A stretch of 63,998 nucleotides of DNA, filler included, from Basidiobolus ranarum (GCA_040143965.1; 3 parts of 3 records of this genome joined end to end with filler, not necessarily neighbours in it), one strand, 5' to 3'; shown: positions 52,816 through 63,998, counted from the first letter of the whole stretch. Notes: generated by a model from the sequence alone, not told the origin. Numbers and translations: made by a program.

Positions 52816-54765
52816 CTAAAAGTCAGTTGATACAGCATCTAAACAAATCCATAGAGTTTTAGTGGGCATATTTCTAAAGGATGATGATGATGGTCGGCCT
52901 ACCTTTCCTGCTTCGTACGGTATCATTTACCATTCGATCCACGAATTCATCAAATGCCTCAACATGCTCTTTCAAAGAGGTTTTCTTGTAGTCTAAATCA
53001 ATGCTGGTGTTAACATTGACGGCATTTAGTGTACTAACGCAAAGACATACATACCTGCCAACTTGCGCTCATTATCTTGTACAGGGTTTAGTTGGTCATA
53101 GTCATTGATCTCTTGTATAAGCTGGCTGACGGTAGGCACTTCTAGGGGATTGAACTCATCGCAAGTCTTGGGATCAATGGGCACACATACACGTCCTAAA
53201 CAGTAATTTAATACCATCCAATCCAGCAATATATCTGCAATAAATACCTGTCTTGGGATGCACACAGAACGGACTCTTCAACAAGTGATTGATTTGAATG
53301 GACACATTTCCATCAAGTCTAGGGTAGCAGTATTGAAAGATAATATCTCGCTTGGCTAACTCGAGGCCTTTTGTCTTCTGCTTAGGTTTCTATTGGAACA
53401 GCCATGGTGAGATTAGTTGGTCAAGAGATGATATTACTAAGTTAGATGGCATACCCTTGAGTTACAGGCCAATTCGATTTCATGTGCTAGATCATCCCAG
53501 CGTTCGGTGGACGGGCGGCCAGGATTGTTTTCCCATTTTTGAGATAATTCGTTGCGTATATCTGTTATATGACGAATTCACATCAATAAAAATACTTGCG
53601 AAATTAAATGAAGACTCATACTTTCGTCAGGGATAAGAGCCAACACTTTAGAGTAATTCTCCTTTTCACGTAGAACATCCTGATCCTTTAAGATCAGTTG
53701 GGAAAAGCTTTCTTTTAAGATATCCAATGATGCACTAGATATCAACAATAATCGTTTAGTACCACAACAATTTCCCAAAGCTTGATTTCAGAAACTCACA
53801 CGAGTGCTGGATGCAGTGTGCCGGGTAGATTCACCTTCTTTGTTTGCTGAACACCACCCTAGATATTTGGTGAGAGTGAGCGTGAGACTTTACTAATGAA
53901 CGTTAACTTTCTGATTATTCTTGAAATTACCCTGATAACTTCTATAAAGCCTACAATGGCTTTACGTCCTTCATTCGTAAGTTTACGTGCTCGCTCATCA
54001 CATATCCAACAATGGACACCACGACGACCACTGTAGACCCATAGTATATTTTCGAAGCCAAAATCCTCTATTGTCAGAAGTTAGTGGTGTATCCAAGTAG
54101 CACGAACATATAGGACTGAAAGTTACCACGCAATACCCGATCAATGACTTTAATGGATATCGTCATGAACTCCCAGCATTTCAAACAAATCTCGCCTCCG
54201 CTGTCATAATGAGTTAGTAAGTTCAACCAGGATTCAACTTTACCAAACACATTAAAATGGAGGTAAACTTACGAGCAACAAGTACGTATCTCATCGTAAT
54301 CTGTCATATCTATATCAAATACTAGCTCTTTCTCAATAGGTTGAAATGCCCCCGGTTTAATGGCCTTCTTATCTTTAGGCTATGGGTAAAGGAAACTATG
54401 TTGAGTATTTATCAACCTACGTCGACTTTAAGAAGATTCGAAAAACCTTGGCAGTATATACAGCACCGATATCGATTTTGGATGGACAAAGTCTAAGCAA
54501 TTCTTCCTTAAATTCCTTCCCGTCTTTGAAGGATAAATACCGCAGATATGTATCATTTCCCAAGGTGAAACTGAATTCTCGGTTCGTGAAAGATTTCGTA
54601 GGAACTACGGTTGAAACGGTTCTCAGTTAAATCGAATGGATTCTATATGAGTAAGTTATTCAAACTCTTACCATTATCATAAGTTAACCACCGAAAACAT
54701 GACTTGTGCGGGAACAGTCGTTGATAGAATTGACGTAAAAGTATTGGCAAATTCCCTTCCTCCAT
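52816..54765 (-). CDS. PRI1: DNA primase small (catalytic) subunit, multi-exon
   Basis: [74 protein letters not shown]. Confidence 0.96.
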
Positions 54766-55106
54766 TATGTTAAGTACGCAACGTTATTTGGAATCAACAG
54801 AGTGGTTGTCTAGTTTAAGACAGTTTTGTCAATTCATAGAGTACAAATGTCCAAATATTGTTGTGGGGTTTGTTGATTGTTTTGATACTGAAAATATTTC
54901 AGTAATCCGAGTTAGAAATAGCTTTCATCCCATAACTATTAGCCACACCAATGAAAATGCGGAACATTCATAATTTCTATCAATAATTTAACCTATCCAA
55001 CATGCAACCTTCAAACAGACGAACAGACATGATACCAAAGCTTCAAGGATAAAAAGCAAGGAGAATTTTAGATGATTTGTAGTAGTATAATTTATTTATG
55101 AGCCTT

Positions 55107-55751
55107 TTAATTTGCAGTGTCCAACTTAGAATCGACTTTTTTCTCATCATTCCCATTCCTAACCGTAGAACTTTGTTCACCCAAATTTTCGACTTTTGGT
55201 TTCTTTGCGTTTGAGGCTTGATTATGCTTACGTTTTTGACGTTTAGCTCGATTTTTAGCCGTTTTTTCGTCAGCTTTTTGTTGAAGTTCTTGACGTTTTT
55301 GGTCGAATTCTAATTGCTCTTGTTCCTAAGAAAAAGGGGAAAATCTTAATAAACATTAAAATATATTAACAGACGTGAAAAGAAAACGTACAGCTTTGGT
55401 TTCCTCGTCCATCATTTTTGTGCGCGCGTATTCGCGACGTCTATGAGCTCTATAAATGTGAAATTCTCCACTACCAGCACCGGCACTTGAGCCTTTGACA
55501 GGGGAGGAAGGTTAACTAAAGGGGTCTTTCAAAGTATTGGAATAGATCTACTGCGTACCTGGCACATTTCGAACAATGTCCTTTGGTGCTTTGAGGGTTT
55601 TGTGTTTAGGCTCTGGTAAGGTAATCGGTTTATCTACACGTTGTAATAGCTTATCTAGTTGCTTCTTTTGTAAATCATAAGGGGTTAAGTTGTGTCGTTT
55701 CTGTGTTTCAACTTCATCGTCACCTGAAAGGTTTGGGGAGTCGTGTGGCAT
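55107..55751 (-). CDS. PRKRIP1: PRKR-interacting protein 1 (DUF1168), 3 exons
   Basis: [29 protein letters not shown]...[13 protein letters not shown]. Confidence 0.92.
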
Positions 55752-56447
55752 TTGTTGACAAAGTGAAGTATAAGGATTACGTTAAAAATGATCGGTGTTC
55801 AAGTATAGAATCTAAAGCGAATTTAGCTGTAGACATCACCTTGGAATAAATTTGAATGATTTTTTTAAATTGAATGCGAAATCCAAATGATTAATCAACT
55901 TCCTTTTTTTCGTGGTATTTATTGGGATAAAATGGGTTAGGGTTGAAGGTAAATCAGTGAATCCTAGAATATTGATAAAGTATTTCGAGGTAAATGGTTT
56001 GATGGGACTTGTAACATTTACTATAGCAACCAAACATTCTCTTACTAGAATAGAAGTAGTGTTTAAAGAGTAATGAAATGTCACTCATACATACCTTCTT
56101 CCGTATAGTGAACCAAGTTTTAAAAGAAACGCATCCATAAATTTCTCTTAATTTTTTATATAGAACTTAGGCAAGTCACCTTGACTTTCCTTAGCTCTCC
56201 TCTTCAACTTCTTGCCTATGTTAATCCTGTCACCTATATTTACTTTTAGAAGTGTACTATTATACACCAGAGTCAAGTACCAAACTAGCAGAAAGTACAG
56301 TTAAGGTATCAACAAGAGATCAACTGGTGGATAATCACCATAATAGAGACACTTTAAGCACTATATGCAACTATCAAACCTATGCCGATAAACTCTTTCC
56401 GACCATCTATTTGTATTTAAACTAATCATGTTTATTCCGCAACCATT

Positions 56448-57143
56448 TTAATTGTGCCACATAAAGCCTACTCCCGTGCCCACTTGAAAAGTGACAAATG
56501 TTAGCACATAAGGACCTCCATTATAATTGTAGTTGCTTGTATAGACACTACCATCTGGATTGATCCGTTCAACGACAGCTACATGGCCAAGATTTCCAAC
56601 TCCTTGAAACCCTGGCTGTATCGAAATAATGGACGGTGTCTTGGCTTGGTTTGAAACGGTCCATCCAGCATAATTGCGGGCTTTGGATGGCCAAGTAAGA
56701 GCATCGCCCGACCAACTTACATGATATCCAGTCAACTGAGCATAGCGAGCATCTGCCCAATCAGTACACTGTCCGTTTTTAAAATGGAATTGAAGAGAGC
56801 CAACAGAACTAGTGGAATTAGTAGGGCCACGGGATCCATCATTTGCAGAAGTGCGATCATTGTTGTTATTACCCCTACTATTCCCAGTATTTCCTCTGTG
56901 ATTTCCCAAGGCATCGTTAATAGAGTGATCTTTGTTAGCTTTAGGATTTCTTGTATTTCGATTTCTGTTCGAGTGGTTCCCCGACGAGTAACCTGGTTCT
57001 CTCTTTGTAAGTACTCCAGTAAAATTCTTCTTTTGAGAAACACTTGTATTCAGTCTCTTTACAGTGTTGCTCAGTGGTAGGGGTTGCACGGTGAATTCAG
57101 TGATGCAAAGCACCAAAATGAAGAAAGTAGTGATCGAGTGCAT
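56448..57143 (-). CDS. Secreted CHAP-domain protein 1 (peptidoglycan amidase/endopeptidase fold), intronless
   Basis: Signal peptide MHSITTFFILVLC, KR site, N/G/S-rich linker, GQCTDWA...GHVAVVE...TSNYNY. Confidence 0.92.
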   Translation of the reverse strand: MHSITTFFILVLCITEFTVQPLPLSNTVKRLNTSVSQKKNFTGVLTKREPGYSSGNHSNRNRNTRNPKANKDHSINDALGNHRGNTGNSRGNNNNDRTSANDGSRGPTNSTSSVGSLQFHFKNGQCTDWADARYAQLTGYHVSWSGDALTWPSKARNYAGWTVSNQAKTPSIISIQPGFQGVGNLGHVAVVERINPDGSVYTSNYNYNGGPYVLTFVTFQVGTGVGFMWHN

Positions 57144-57704
57144 CCTAGTTGGATTCACTTTGGATAAGAAGGGAAGTACACTTGAATGGTGGTTTTCCTT
57201 CGCCATATATATATGAATACTCAAGTCACATATTGAATGACTGGTTACTCGATATAGGAAAGTTGGACCGGGAAAGATGATCGTTGTAGTTAGCGAGGCC
57301 AGTGTAAAATGATCATTAGTTATTGAGGTTGGGATTGATCAAATTCTTAATTACTATCATTTCAGTTGGGTTGATAGGATTCGTTGTTTGATCCTTATTA
57401 ATCAACTAATTGAACGCATCCAACCAAAAGATGCTGCAAAGAAAGAGAAATATCTTGGAGTGGCTGGTGGCGTTGTATTCGAGTAGACAGTCAGTAATTT
57501 CATTCGTAGAAATGGAATCTGATGTAGATATGCAAGATAGAGTTAGAATCAACTCCTAATGATGAACCAAGTAGTATGCACAAGTGTGTTACTTTATTTC
57601 TGCAAAGTTTGGATCATTCGAACAATACTGACTAGCAATATTGATATACAAAACTCAACATCAGTGTCACAATTACCTCACAGAGGATTTCATGAAATGA
57701 GCAA

Positions 57705-58370
57705 CTAATTGTGTGAAATGAAGCTCACACCATTGCCTGGCTTGAAGGTGGCATATTTTTTTATATAAGGGCCTCCGTTGTAATTGTAGTTGCTCGTATA
57801 TGCATCTCCGTTAGACTCGACCCTTTCAACAACGGCAACGTGTCCAGCGCTACCAGTTCCTTGAACTCCAGGTTGTATTACTATTATACTAGGCTGCTTT
57901 GCTTTAGTCGATACTGTCCACCCTTGAGTACTCTGGGCCTTGCTAGTCCATGTTCGAGCATCACCCCACCACTGTATGTGATGCCCAGTAAGTTGAGCAT
58001 AACGCGCATCAGCCCAATCGGTACATTGTCCATTGTTAAAGCGAAATTCCAGTTTTCCAATAACTCCAGTGGCGGAGTCCCCATTACTGTTTGAATTTTT
58101 GGCGCTGCCTTTGTTGTAAGTAGGAGTCTTTGGGGTGGTATTACTGCCTCCATTTTTTGGATTATAATTACCACCTGAGTTATTGTATCCGTTGGTATTC
58201 TTTGGATTGGAACCCCAGGAGTTTTTGTACGAGTAATAGTAGCGAGGTTTTAAGATGGAACTCTCTGCTTGGGTTGAGCTCTCAGCATGAAGCTCATGTA
58301 CTGGCAAAGCGTGTATCCATGAGATAGCTACAGTGATCAACAAAGTGCATAGAAAGAAGCCGGAGTACAT
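57705..58370 (-). CDS. Secreted CHAP-domain protein 2, intronless
   Basis: Signal peptide MYSGFFLCTLLITVAISWIHA; CHAP domain with catalytic Cys (GQCT) and His (GHVAVVE). Confidence 0.92.
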   Translation of the reverse strand: MYSGFFLCTLLITVAISWIHALPVHELHAESSTQAESSILKPRYYYSYKNSWGSNPKNTNGYNNSGGNYNPKNGGSNTTPKTPTYNKGSAKNSNSNGDSATGVIGKLEFRFNNGQCTDWADARYAQLTGHHIQWWGDARTWTSKAQSTQGWTVSTKAKQPSIIVIQPGVQGTGSAGHVAVVERVESNGDAYTSNYNYNGGPYIKKYATFKPGNGVSFISHN

Positions 58371-59085
58371 GATTTTTTCCACTTTTCCAGAAAGTTGGGG
58401 ATGCTGATGTAAAGACAAGAATAATGTCACTGTCTGGCTTGTACAGGTGAATATATACCAGTGTGAAAATGCGAGTGTATCGAGCATTCAATATTTTAAT
58501 AAAATTTGTACCTCCAAAGAGTAATGCGGTCTAGGGAGCTCATCTTCGAGAAAGATTGAACTGCAGTTGGTTTCTCCAATTAGTTGAATTAATAGTGGCC
58601 ATATGTATGCCTTAGGTGCATAACCTACATGAGAGTTTAGTATTCGGTAGTCAATCTCTGCACTCTCCTTTTTACACCTGATTTATTCCTCATATGGATA
58701 CATGCTGTTAACTAATTGGTGAGTTTTCTCGAGGACTCGTTTTTCGTAGGCACCCGATCTATTTTATAGAAGAATATTGGCATCTTGTGACTAGTAGTAT
58801 TTGATAGTCACATATGATCCTGGCTACAAACATCGAGCTCTCTCCATATACATATTACCTCTACCCCTACCCCTACCCCTAGACCTTTCTACTTGGCGAA
58901 ATTGTCTCGCGTGCTAATTGCGAGCCTACTTTATAAAGTATGAATCATTCAATTTTATCTGGTTTTTCATTGGTTTATTTATTGAGATGACAACCAGTGT
59001 CGAAAGAACTCCGCTATAATCTAACAAGTCAATTGAGATTTGAATACAGGAATAGAACACAGGAATTGAACACAGATGAATTGGT

Positions 59086-59916
59086 TCAATTAAACCAAAT
59101 GAAATCAACGCCATTTCCTGTCTTAAAGGTTGCGCTTTTTTGAATGTAAGGACCACCATTGTAATTATAATTACTTGTTGATACACTACCAGAGGAATCG
59201 ATCTTTTCCACAACGGCAACATGCCCAGGACTACCAGTTCCCTGGACTCCAGGCTGTATGACAATTATACTTGGTTGTTTAGGAGTCGCTGACACAGTCC
59301 AACCTGAAGCACTTCGTGCTTTACTAGCCCAGGTTCTAGCGTCGCCAGACCAACTAATGTGGTGACCTGTAAGTTGAGCATAACGAGCATCCGCCCAATC
59401 AGTGCATTGTCCGTTGTGAAAGCGAAACTCAAGTTTGCCCGATCCAGTGTTTCCTTCGGTTTCTTTACTATTTTTCTTACTGCCATCAGTGGAAGTCGCA
59501 CTATCATCATTATTTTGCTTTTTTTTGCTTCCAGTGCTTGATTGAGAGCCATAATCACTGCCTTCACTATCATCATTGTTGTCGTCATTGTTTGAGCTAT
59601 TTTTGGTATTTTCTCCATAACTGCTGTTATTATTTCCCTTCGATTTTCTCTTTCCGCTGCCGCTTTGATTGTATCCCTCGTTATCAGATCCGCTATTACC
59701 TCCATTGCTATAGTCGCTAGAATTATTATTGTTCCCTTTTCTTCTGTAATCTCCAGAGGGTCCGTAGGAATAATACCTTCCTCGGCGATGAATGGTTGAA
59801 CCAGTCAACGATTCATCATTTAATAAGCCGATATTGGTATTGCTGAAAGATGGAAGAGCTTGTAAGGCAACGGCAAAGTAAAGAGCCACGGCAAGACATT
59901 TAGAAATAGAATGCAT
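59086..59916 (-). CDS. Secreted CHAP-domain protein 3, intronless
   Basis: Signal peptide MHSISKCLAVALYFAVALQA, RR site, long N/S/G/D linker, CHAP domain. Confidence 0.92.
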   Translation of the reverse strand: MHSISKCLAVALYFAVALQALPSFSNTNIGLLNDESLTGSTIHRRGRYYSYGPSGDYRRKGNNNNSSDYSNGGNSGSDNEGYNQSGSGKRKSKGNNNSSYGENTKNSSNNDDNNDDSEGSDYGSQSSTGSKKKQNNDDSATSTDGSKKNSKETEGNTGSGKLEFRFHNGQCTDWADARYAQLTGHHISWSGDARTWASKARSASGWTVSATPKQPSIIVIQPGVQGTGSPGHVAVVEKIDSSGSVSTSNYNYNGGPYIQKSATFKTGNGVDFIWFN

Positions 59917-60521
59917 TCTTAAAATTGCCACTTTTCCTGAAAGTACGGCTTGGTAGATGAAATTAACTGAAGAGAAGTAATTTACAAATAAAGAATTTTC
60001 AAGATTTATATAGATTTATGGATTGCAAGAAGAATGAACTTTTACAAGTGTATTCTCAGGAGTGTTCAATAAGTAACTTCGGTACTAACAGGGAGTTCTG
60101 TTTACGTGTATAGATTTAACGGAACATACAAATGATATCAAAGAGTAATCAGTAACTGAATGTTTTCGTTCTGAGACATCATTTGTGCGTGTGGTATTTT
60201 GAGGGAAATATTGAATCATCTAACCTACCACTGCATCATGTTTACCTTGACTGAATTAACCTTATACACTAACTAATCAACACCCAGGAATGGTTCGGTT
60301 AGGGTCTAATTAATTCACTCTATATATGAGGAACCAGCTCAGATGACAGAGTGTTGTAGTATATTTCCGCAAAGGACCCGATCAACCTAATTTCAAAATC
60401 AGTATCACTATAGCCATAACCTTCTCGAGCTTTTTGGCTTAGCATCTACCCTTCGCAGTTGCAATCCAAGACATCATTAGGGATATGATTTCATTTAGGT
60501 CATTTCAATCCGATCTTCAAT

Positions 60522-60583
60522 TGAATCTATTTTACTCTTTAATCTGAATCTATTTTACTCTATACTCTGAATCTATTTTACTC
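60522..60583 (+). repeat. 23-bp tandem repeat (~2.7 copies)
   Basis: TGAATCTATTTTACTC core at 60522, 60545 and 60568. Confidence 0.9.
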
Positions 60584-60876
60584 CTAAATTAGGGAGACTT
60601 TTACCTTTATAATCCACACATGGCTAGGGTCAGGGATAGGCCCAGAGCTAGCATATTAGGGAGAGAGTTGGGATAGCAACTGAGTGTTTTGTGGACTATC
60701 CTTCACATTTGTGACATCATAGTTCGAACAATGATTTTGTCAATGCGTATATAAACAACTCTCTTCTCTACAATGACATTGATGAAATGTAGGAGAATGT
60801 ATTATGGTCGATCCACGTGATGTCGGAAGTATGTTATATACTCGTTTGTAGCAAGAACCTCGCTAATGATTTCCTG

Positions 60877-62053
60877 ATGATGATTTCCATTGTACATGGA
60901 TATATATTTTTCATTGGTTTGGTATACTCCCATCCATATTATCATGACTTGGTTAAACTGAATAAGGGAAAAGAGGTTTACCTATTCGAAACTGAATATG
61001 ACAACAATCCTGAGTTCAATGGTGACTTCGAAAGCAATGATACTACAGGTTGGCTGTTCCCTGAATTGGACTCTCCTACTCATACTTTCAGCGAAACTTA
61101 TGAGCGCTGGGAGAGTTTTGATTTTACCCCACCAGCCTTTCATAACTGGGGGATAACCAAAGAGAGATACGGACACCAAAATATAGTGATTATTTCTGAT
61201 CCAACTGACTCCAACACAACTGTACTGAAAGTGATCTATCCGAAAGGTAGTCGAAATCCGTCTCATTCTCCTCTAGGTGGAGCTGGCTATGAATCCACCC
61301 CAATCTCCATTTTGGATGGTATTCGACAAACTGCGCGATTATCATATCAAGTGTACTTCCCCGAAGAGTTCAATTTTACGCAAGGTAATGGAATAGTTGT
61401 AGGTTTTATAAGTATTACTCAGCTTCTCATATGATATTACTTCTTGACTATTTAGGTGGGAAATTACCGGGTCTTTATGGAGCTAGTGCAGAGTGCTCTG
61501 GTGGAAATTCCGCCCAAAATTGCTTTAGTGCCAGGTAATGTATAAATCATGTACCCTCTTCTGGATACGGTTCTGATGCTTTTTCTTATCGTATAGATTC
61601 ATGTGGCGTGAAGAAGGACTTGGTGAGATTTACCTTTATGTACCAAAGATGGCACATCATCTCCCTAGCCTCTGTCAAGTTCCACCTGTATCCGTGTGTG
61701 ATCCTAAATATGGGTTCTCGCTTGGTCGTGGAAGTTTTCGATTCAAAAGAGGAGCTTGGAATAAGCTGAGTGTAGCGGTCCGAGTTAACCAGGTTCCTGA
61801 TGAACCTACCGGACAACTACGAGTATGGTACGACGATGAAGTGGTGATAGATTATAATCAACTAATATGGAGAGTGAATGATACGGTAGGCTACACTGGT
61901 ATAGACTTCGAGACTTTTTTTGGAGGATCCAGTGACCGTTTTAATACTCCAATTGATACATACACTCTCTACAAAGACTTTCGGCTTGTAGTTGGACAAA
62001 ATGTAGAACAAATAGAATCCACATCAGGTGAAGTTGCGTCCACTTCTGAATAG
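60877..62053 (+). CDS. Secreted polysaccharide lyase family 14 (alginate/glucuronan lyase) 1, 3 exons
   Basis: LKVIYPKGSRNP, LSYQVYFPEEFNF, GGKLPGLYG, FSARFMWR, SLGRGSFRF, FETFFGGS; N-terminal hydrophobic signal. Confidence 0.9.
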
Positions 62054-63024
62054 AATGGATGTATGGTATATCTCATACCATACTGAATAGATACCTAAAC
62101 TCATATTCTAATTGGAATATGTTAATTAATCAATAGTGATATGGTTTGAAGCATCATAACCTTAGAATATGAAGATGTGAAATAAAAATACGAAACAAAG
62201 TGCAAAGCTAGTTGGAACCCTGAAAATTTGTCTGCATTTATGGATTGAATGAGAGTTTCTGGTGACCATTCCCAGAAGTATTAAACTACGGATCTCCACA
62301 CTCGTGTTCCTAAACATAGCCTCCTTTAATGATTACACTTGACTATGCAAGTATTGCTCCACAACAGAAAATTCTCATGAAAGTTCACCTTTTGAGACAT
62401 CATTTGTGCGTGTGATAATGTATTCGAAGAATCCAATCTACCACTACTTCATGTTTACCTTGGCTAAGACACCTTAGTTGGAGTTTAATTAATCCTAAAA
62501 CTCCATCATCTGAGTCGGTTCTCTCGATGAAATATTTCCTCCTCAGGACCCGATCAATCTGACTCTAACAATCCTCGTACTACTGCCACACTACTCTAGT
62601 TTATATAGTCACCTTAATCCGATCCCATTTCAATCTAATCTAGCCCAATGCTAATCAATGCTTGCTTGTATCATATTCAGTTCAAAATAGACTTTCGTTG
62701 AATCCGGATGAACCTGACAATAGAGGTATATAATTAGAGGTCGGTTATTCGCTTTCTATGCATGTACAAATAAATACCAACAAAGTCATTGAAGGAGAAT
62801 TTGTATTACTAAAATCGTAGCAACTGACGGTTCAGTTGAGATAGATCAATGACTAGAGCATGACAGTCTCACACCGGGAATTTTACCCTCCTCAATAAAC
62901 AATGAAAGGAGTCACGTGGTGTGGGATGTTATTTATATATCCACTCCAGAGGGAAACCTTTCGTTTGGTGTAACCCGCTAACTAACCAAACACACTAACC
63001 GAACCCATTAACCATTAACCTTCA

Positions 63025-63998
63025 ATGATGACCTTGATACCACTCTGTATATTTTCTGTTAGTTTGGTGTACTCCCATCCATTTTACTATGATAACCTAG
63101 ATACTGATCACTTGGGCACTAGTAACTTGGATGCTAGTAACCTAAATCAAGAGGTTCACAGATTCGAATCAAGCCACAGCCAGAATGAATATGACAATAA
63201 ATCCGAATTTTACACCAACTCTCACCAAAATGACAAAGCATCTAGTTGGTTCTTTCCCGAACTGGATCCCCCTACCTATTCCTATGGTGATATCAGTGAA
63301 ACATACCAACGCTGGGAGAGTCTTAACTTCACTCCACCGGCCTTCATAAATTGGGGAGTAACCAAGGAAAGATACGGATATGAGAATAAAGAACTCGTTC
63401 CTGATCCCACTGATTTTAATACCACTGTGCTGAAAGTGATCTATCCCAAAGGTAGTCGAAATCCAGCACATTATCCACGAGGAGGTATTGGATTTGATGC
63501 AGTTCCAATTTCACTTCAAGATGGAGTTGGCCAAACTGTTCGATTATCGTATCAAGTATATTTCCCAGAGGATTTCGATTTCAAACATGGTAAACAATAA
63601 GATGGTTAATCATTTTCTAACATGACGATATTTATTATCATTCAACAATTTCTAACATGATATTGACCATTTAGGTGGAAAATTACCCGGCCTTTATGGA
63701 GGTCACTCCGGGTGCTCTGGAGGAAGATCAGCTAAGAATTGCTTTAGTGCCAGGTAAAATATAAATCAAGTAGAATCTACTGGTTACGATTTACTGGGCA
63801 TAATGTTAATGTTTTTTCATATTATGTAGATTCATGTGGCGTAAAGAAGGACTTGGTGAGATTTACCTTTATGTACCAAAGATGGCACAGCATCTCCCTA
63901 GCCTCTGTCAAGTTCCACCTGTATCCGTGTGTAATCCTGAATATGGGTTCTCGCTTGGTCGTGGAAGTTTTCGATTCAAAAGAGGAGCTTGGAATAAG
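63025..63998 (+). CDS. Secreted PL14 polysaccharide lyase 2 (3' end beyond window)
   Basis: Paralogue of 60877-62053 with the same intron positions; signal peptide MMTLIPLCIFSVSLVYS. Confidence 0.9.

Noticed and set aside
56448-59916. Bacterial contamination as the source of the CHAP genes
   Set aside because: Contiguous with intron-containing fungal genes, similar base composition, TATA-like boxes and long spacers rather than operon structure.
60522-60583. Repeat-spacer appearance suggestive of CRISPR
   Set aside because: Only 7-nt similar spacers, three units, eukaryotic context, no cas genes.
1-63998. tRNA, rRNA or snRNA genes
   Set aside because: None recognised by eye; a covariance-model scan would be needed to exclude them.

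Overview
Eukaryotic, intron-rich, AT-rich genomic DNA from an early-diverging fungus (short GT-AG introns; a Zoopagomycota/Mucoromycota, Basidiobolus-like origin is inferred, not proven). The window joins three contigs with artificial 100-nt N44-TTAATTAATTAA-N44 spacers. Housekeeping genes: DPP3, PX/DUF3818 protein, CEM1/OXSM, eIF5B, SNF5 with a GATA finger, a Pep12/Vam3-like syntaxin, WDR89, MCFD2-like, PRI1 and PRKRIP1. There are also CpG-depleted graveyards of Ty1/copia, Ty3/gypsy and LINE relics and a solo-LTR family. Most notable: (1) three tandem, intronless, secreted bacterial-type CHAP peptidoglycan-hydrolase genes lying head-to-head with two tandem secreted PL14 polysaccharide lyases; (2) an HSPA12-type Hsp70 paired head-to-head with a coiled-coil protein with a GrpE/MIEAP-like tail; (3) an intact nine-exon Gfo/Idh/MocA gene whose active-site motifs are all substituted, a candidate pseudoenzyme. 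Family assignments come from recalled motifs; no searches were run.
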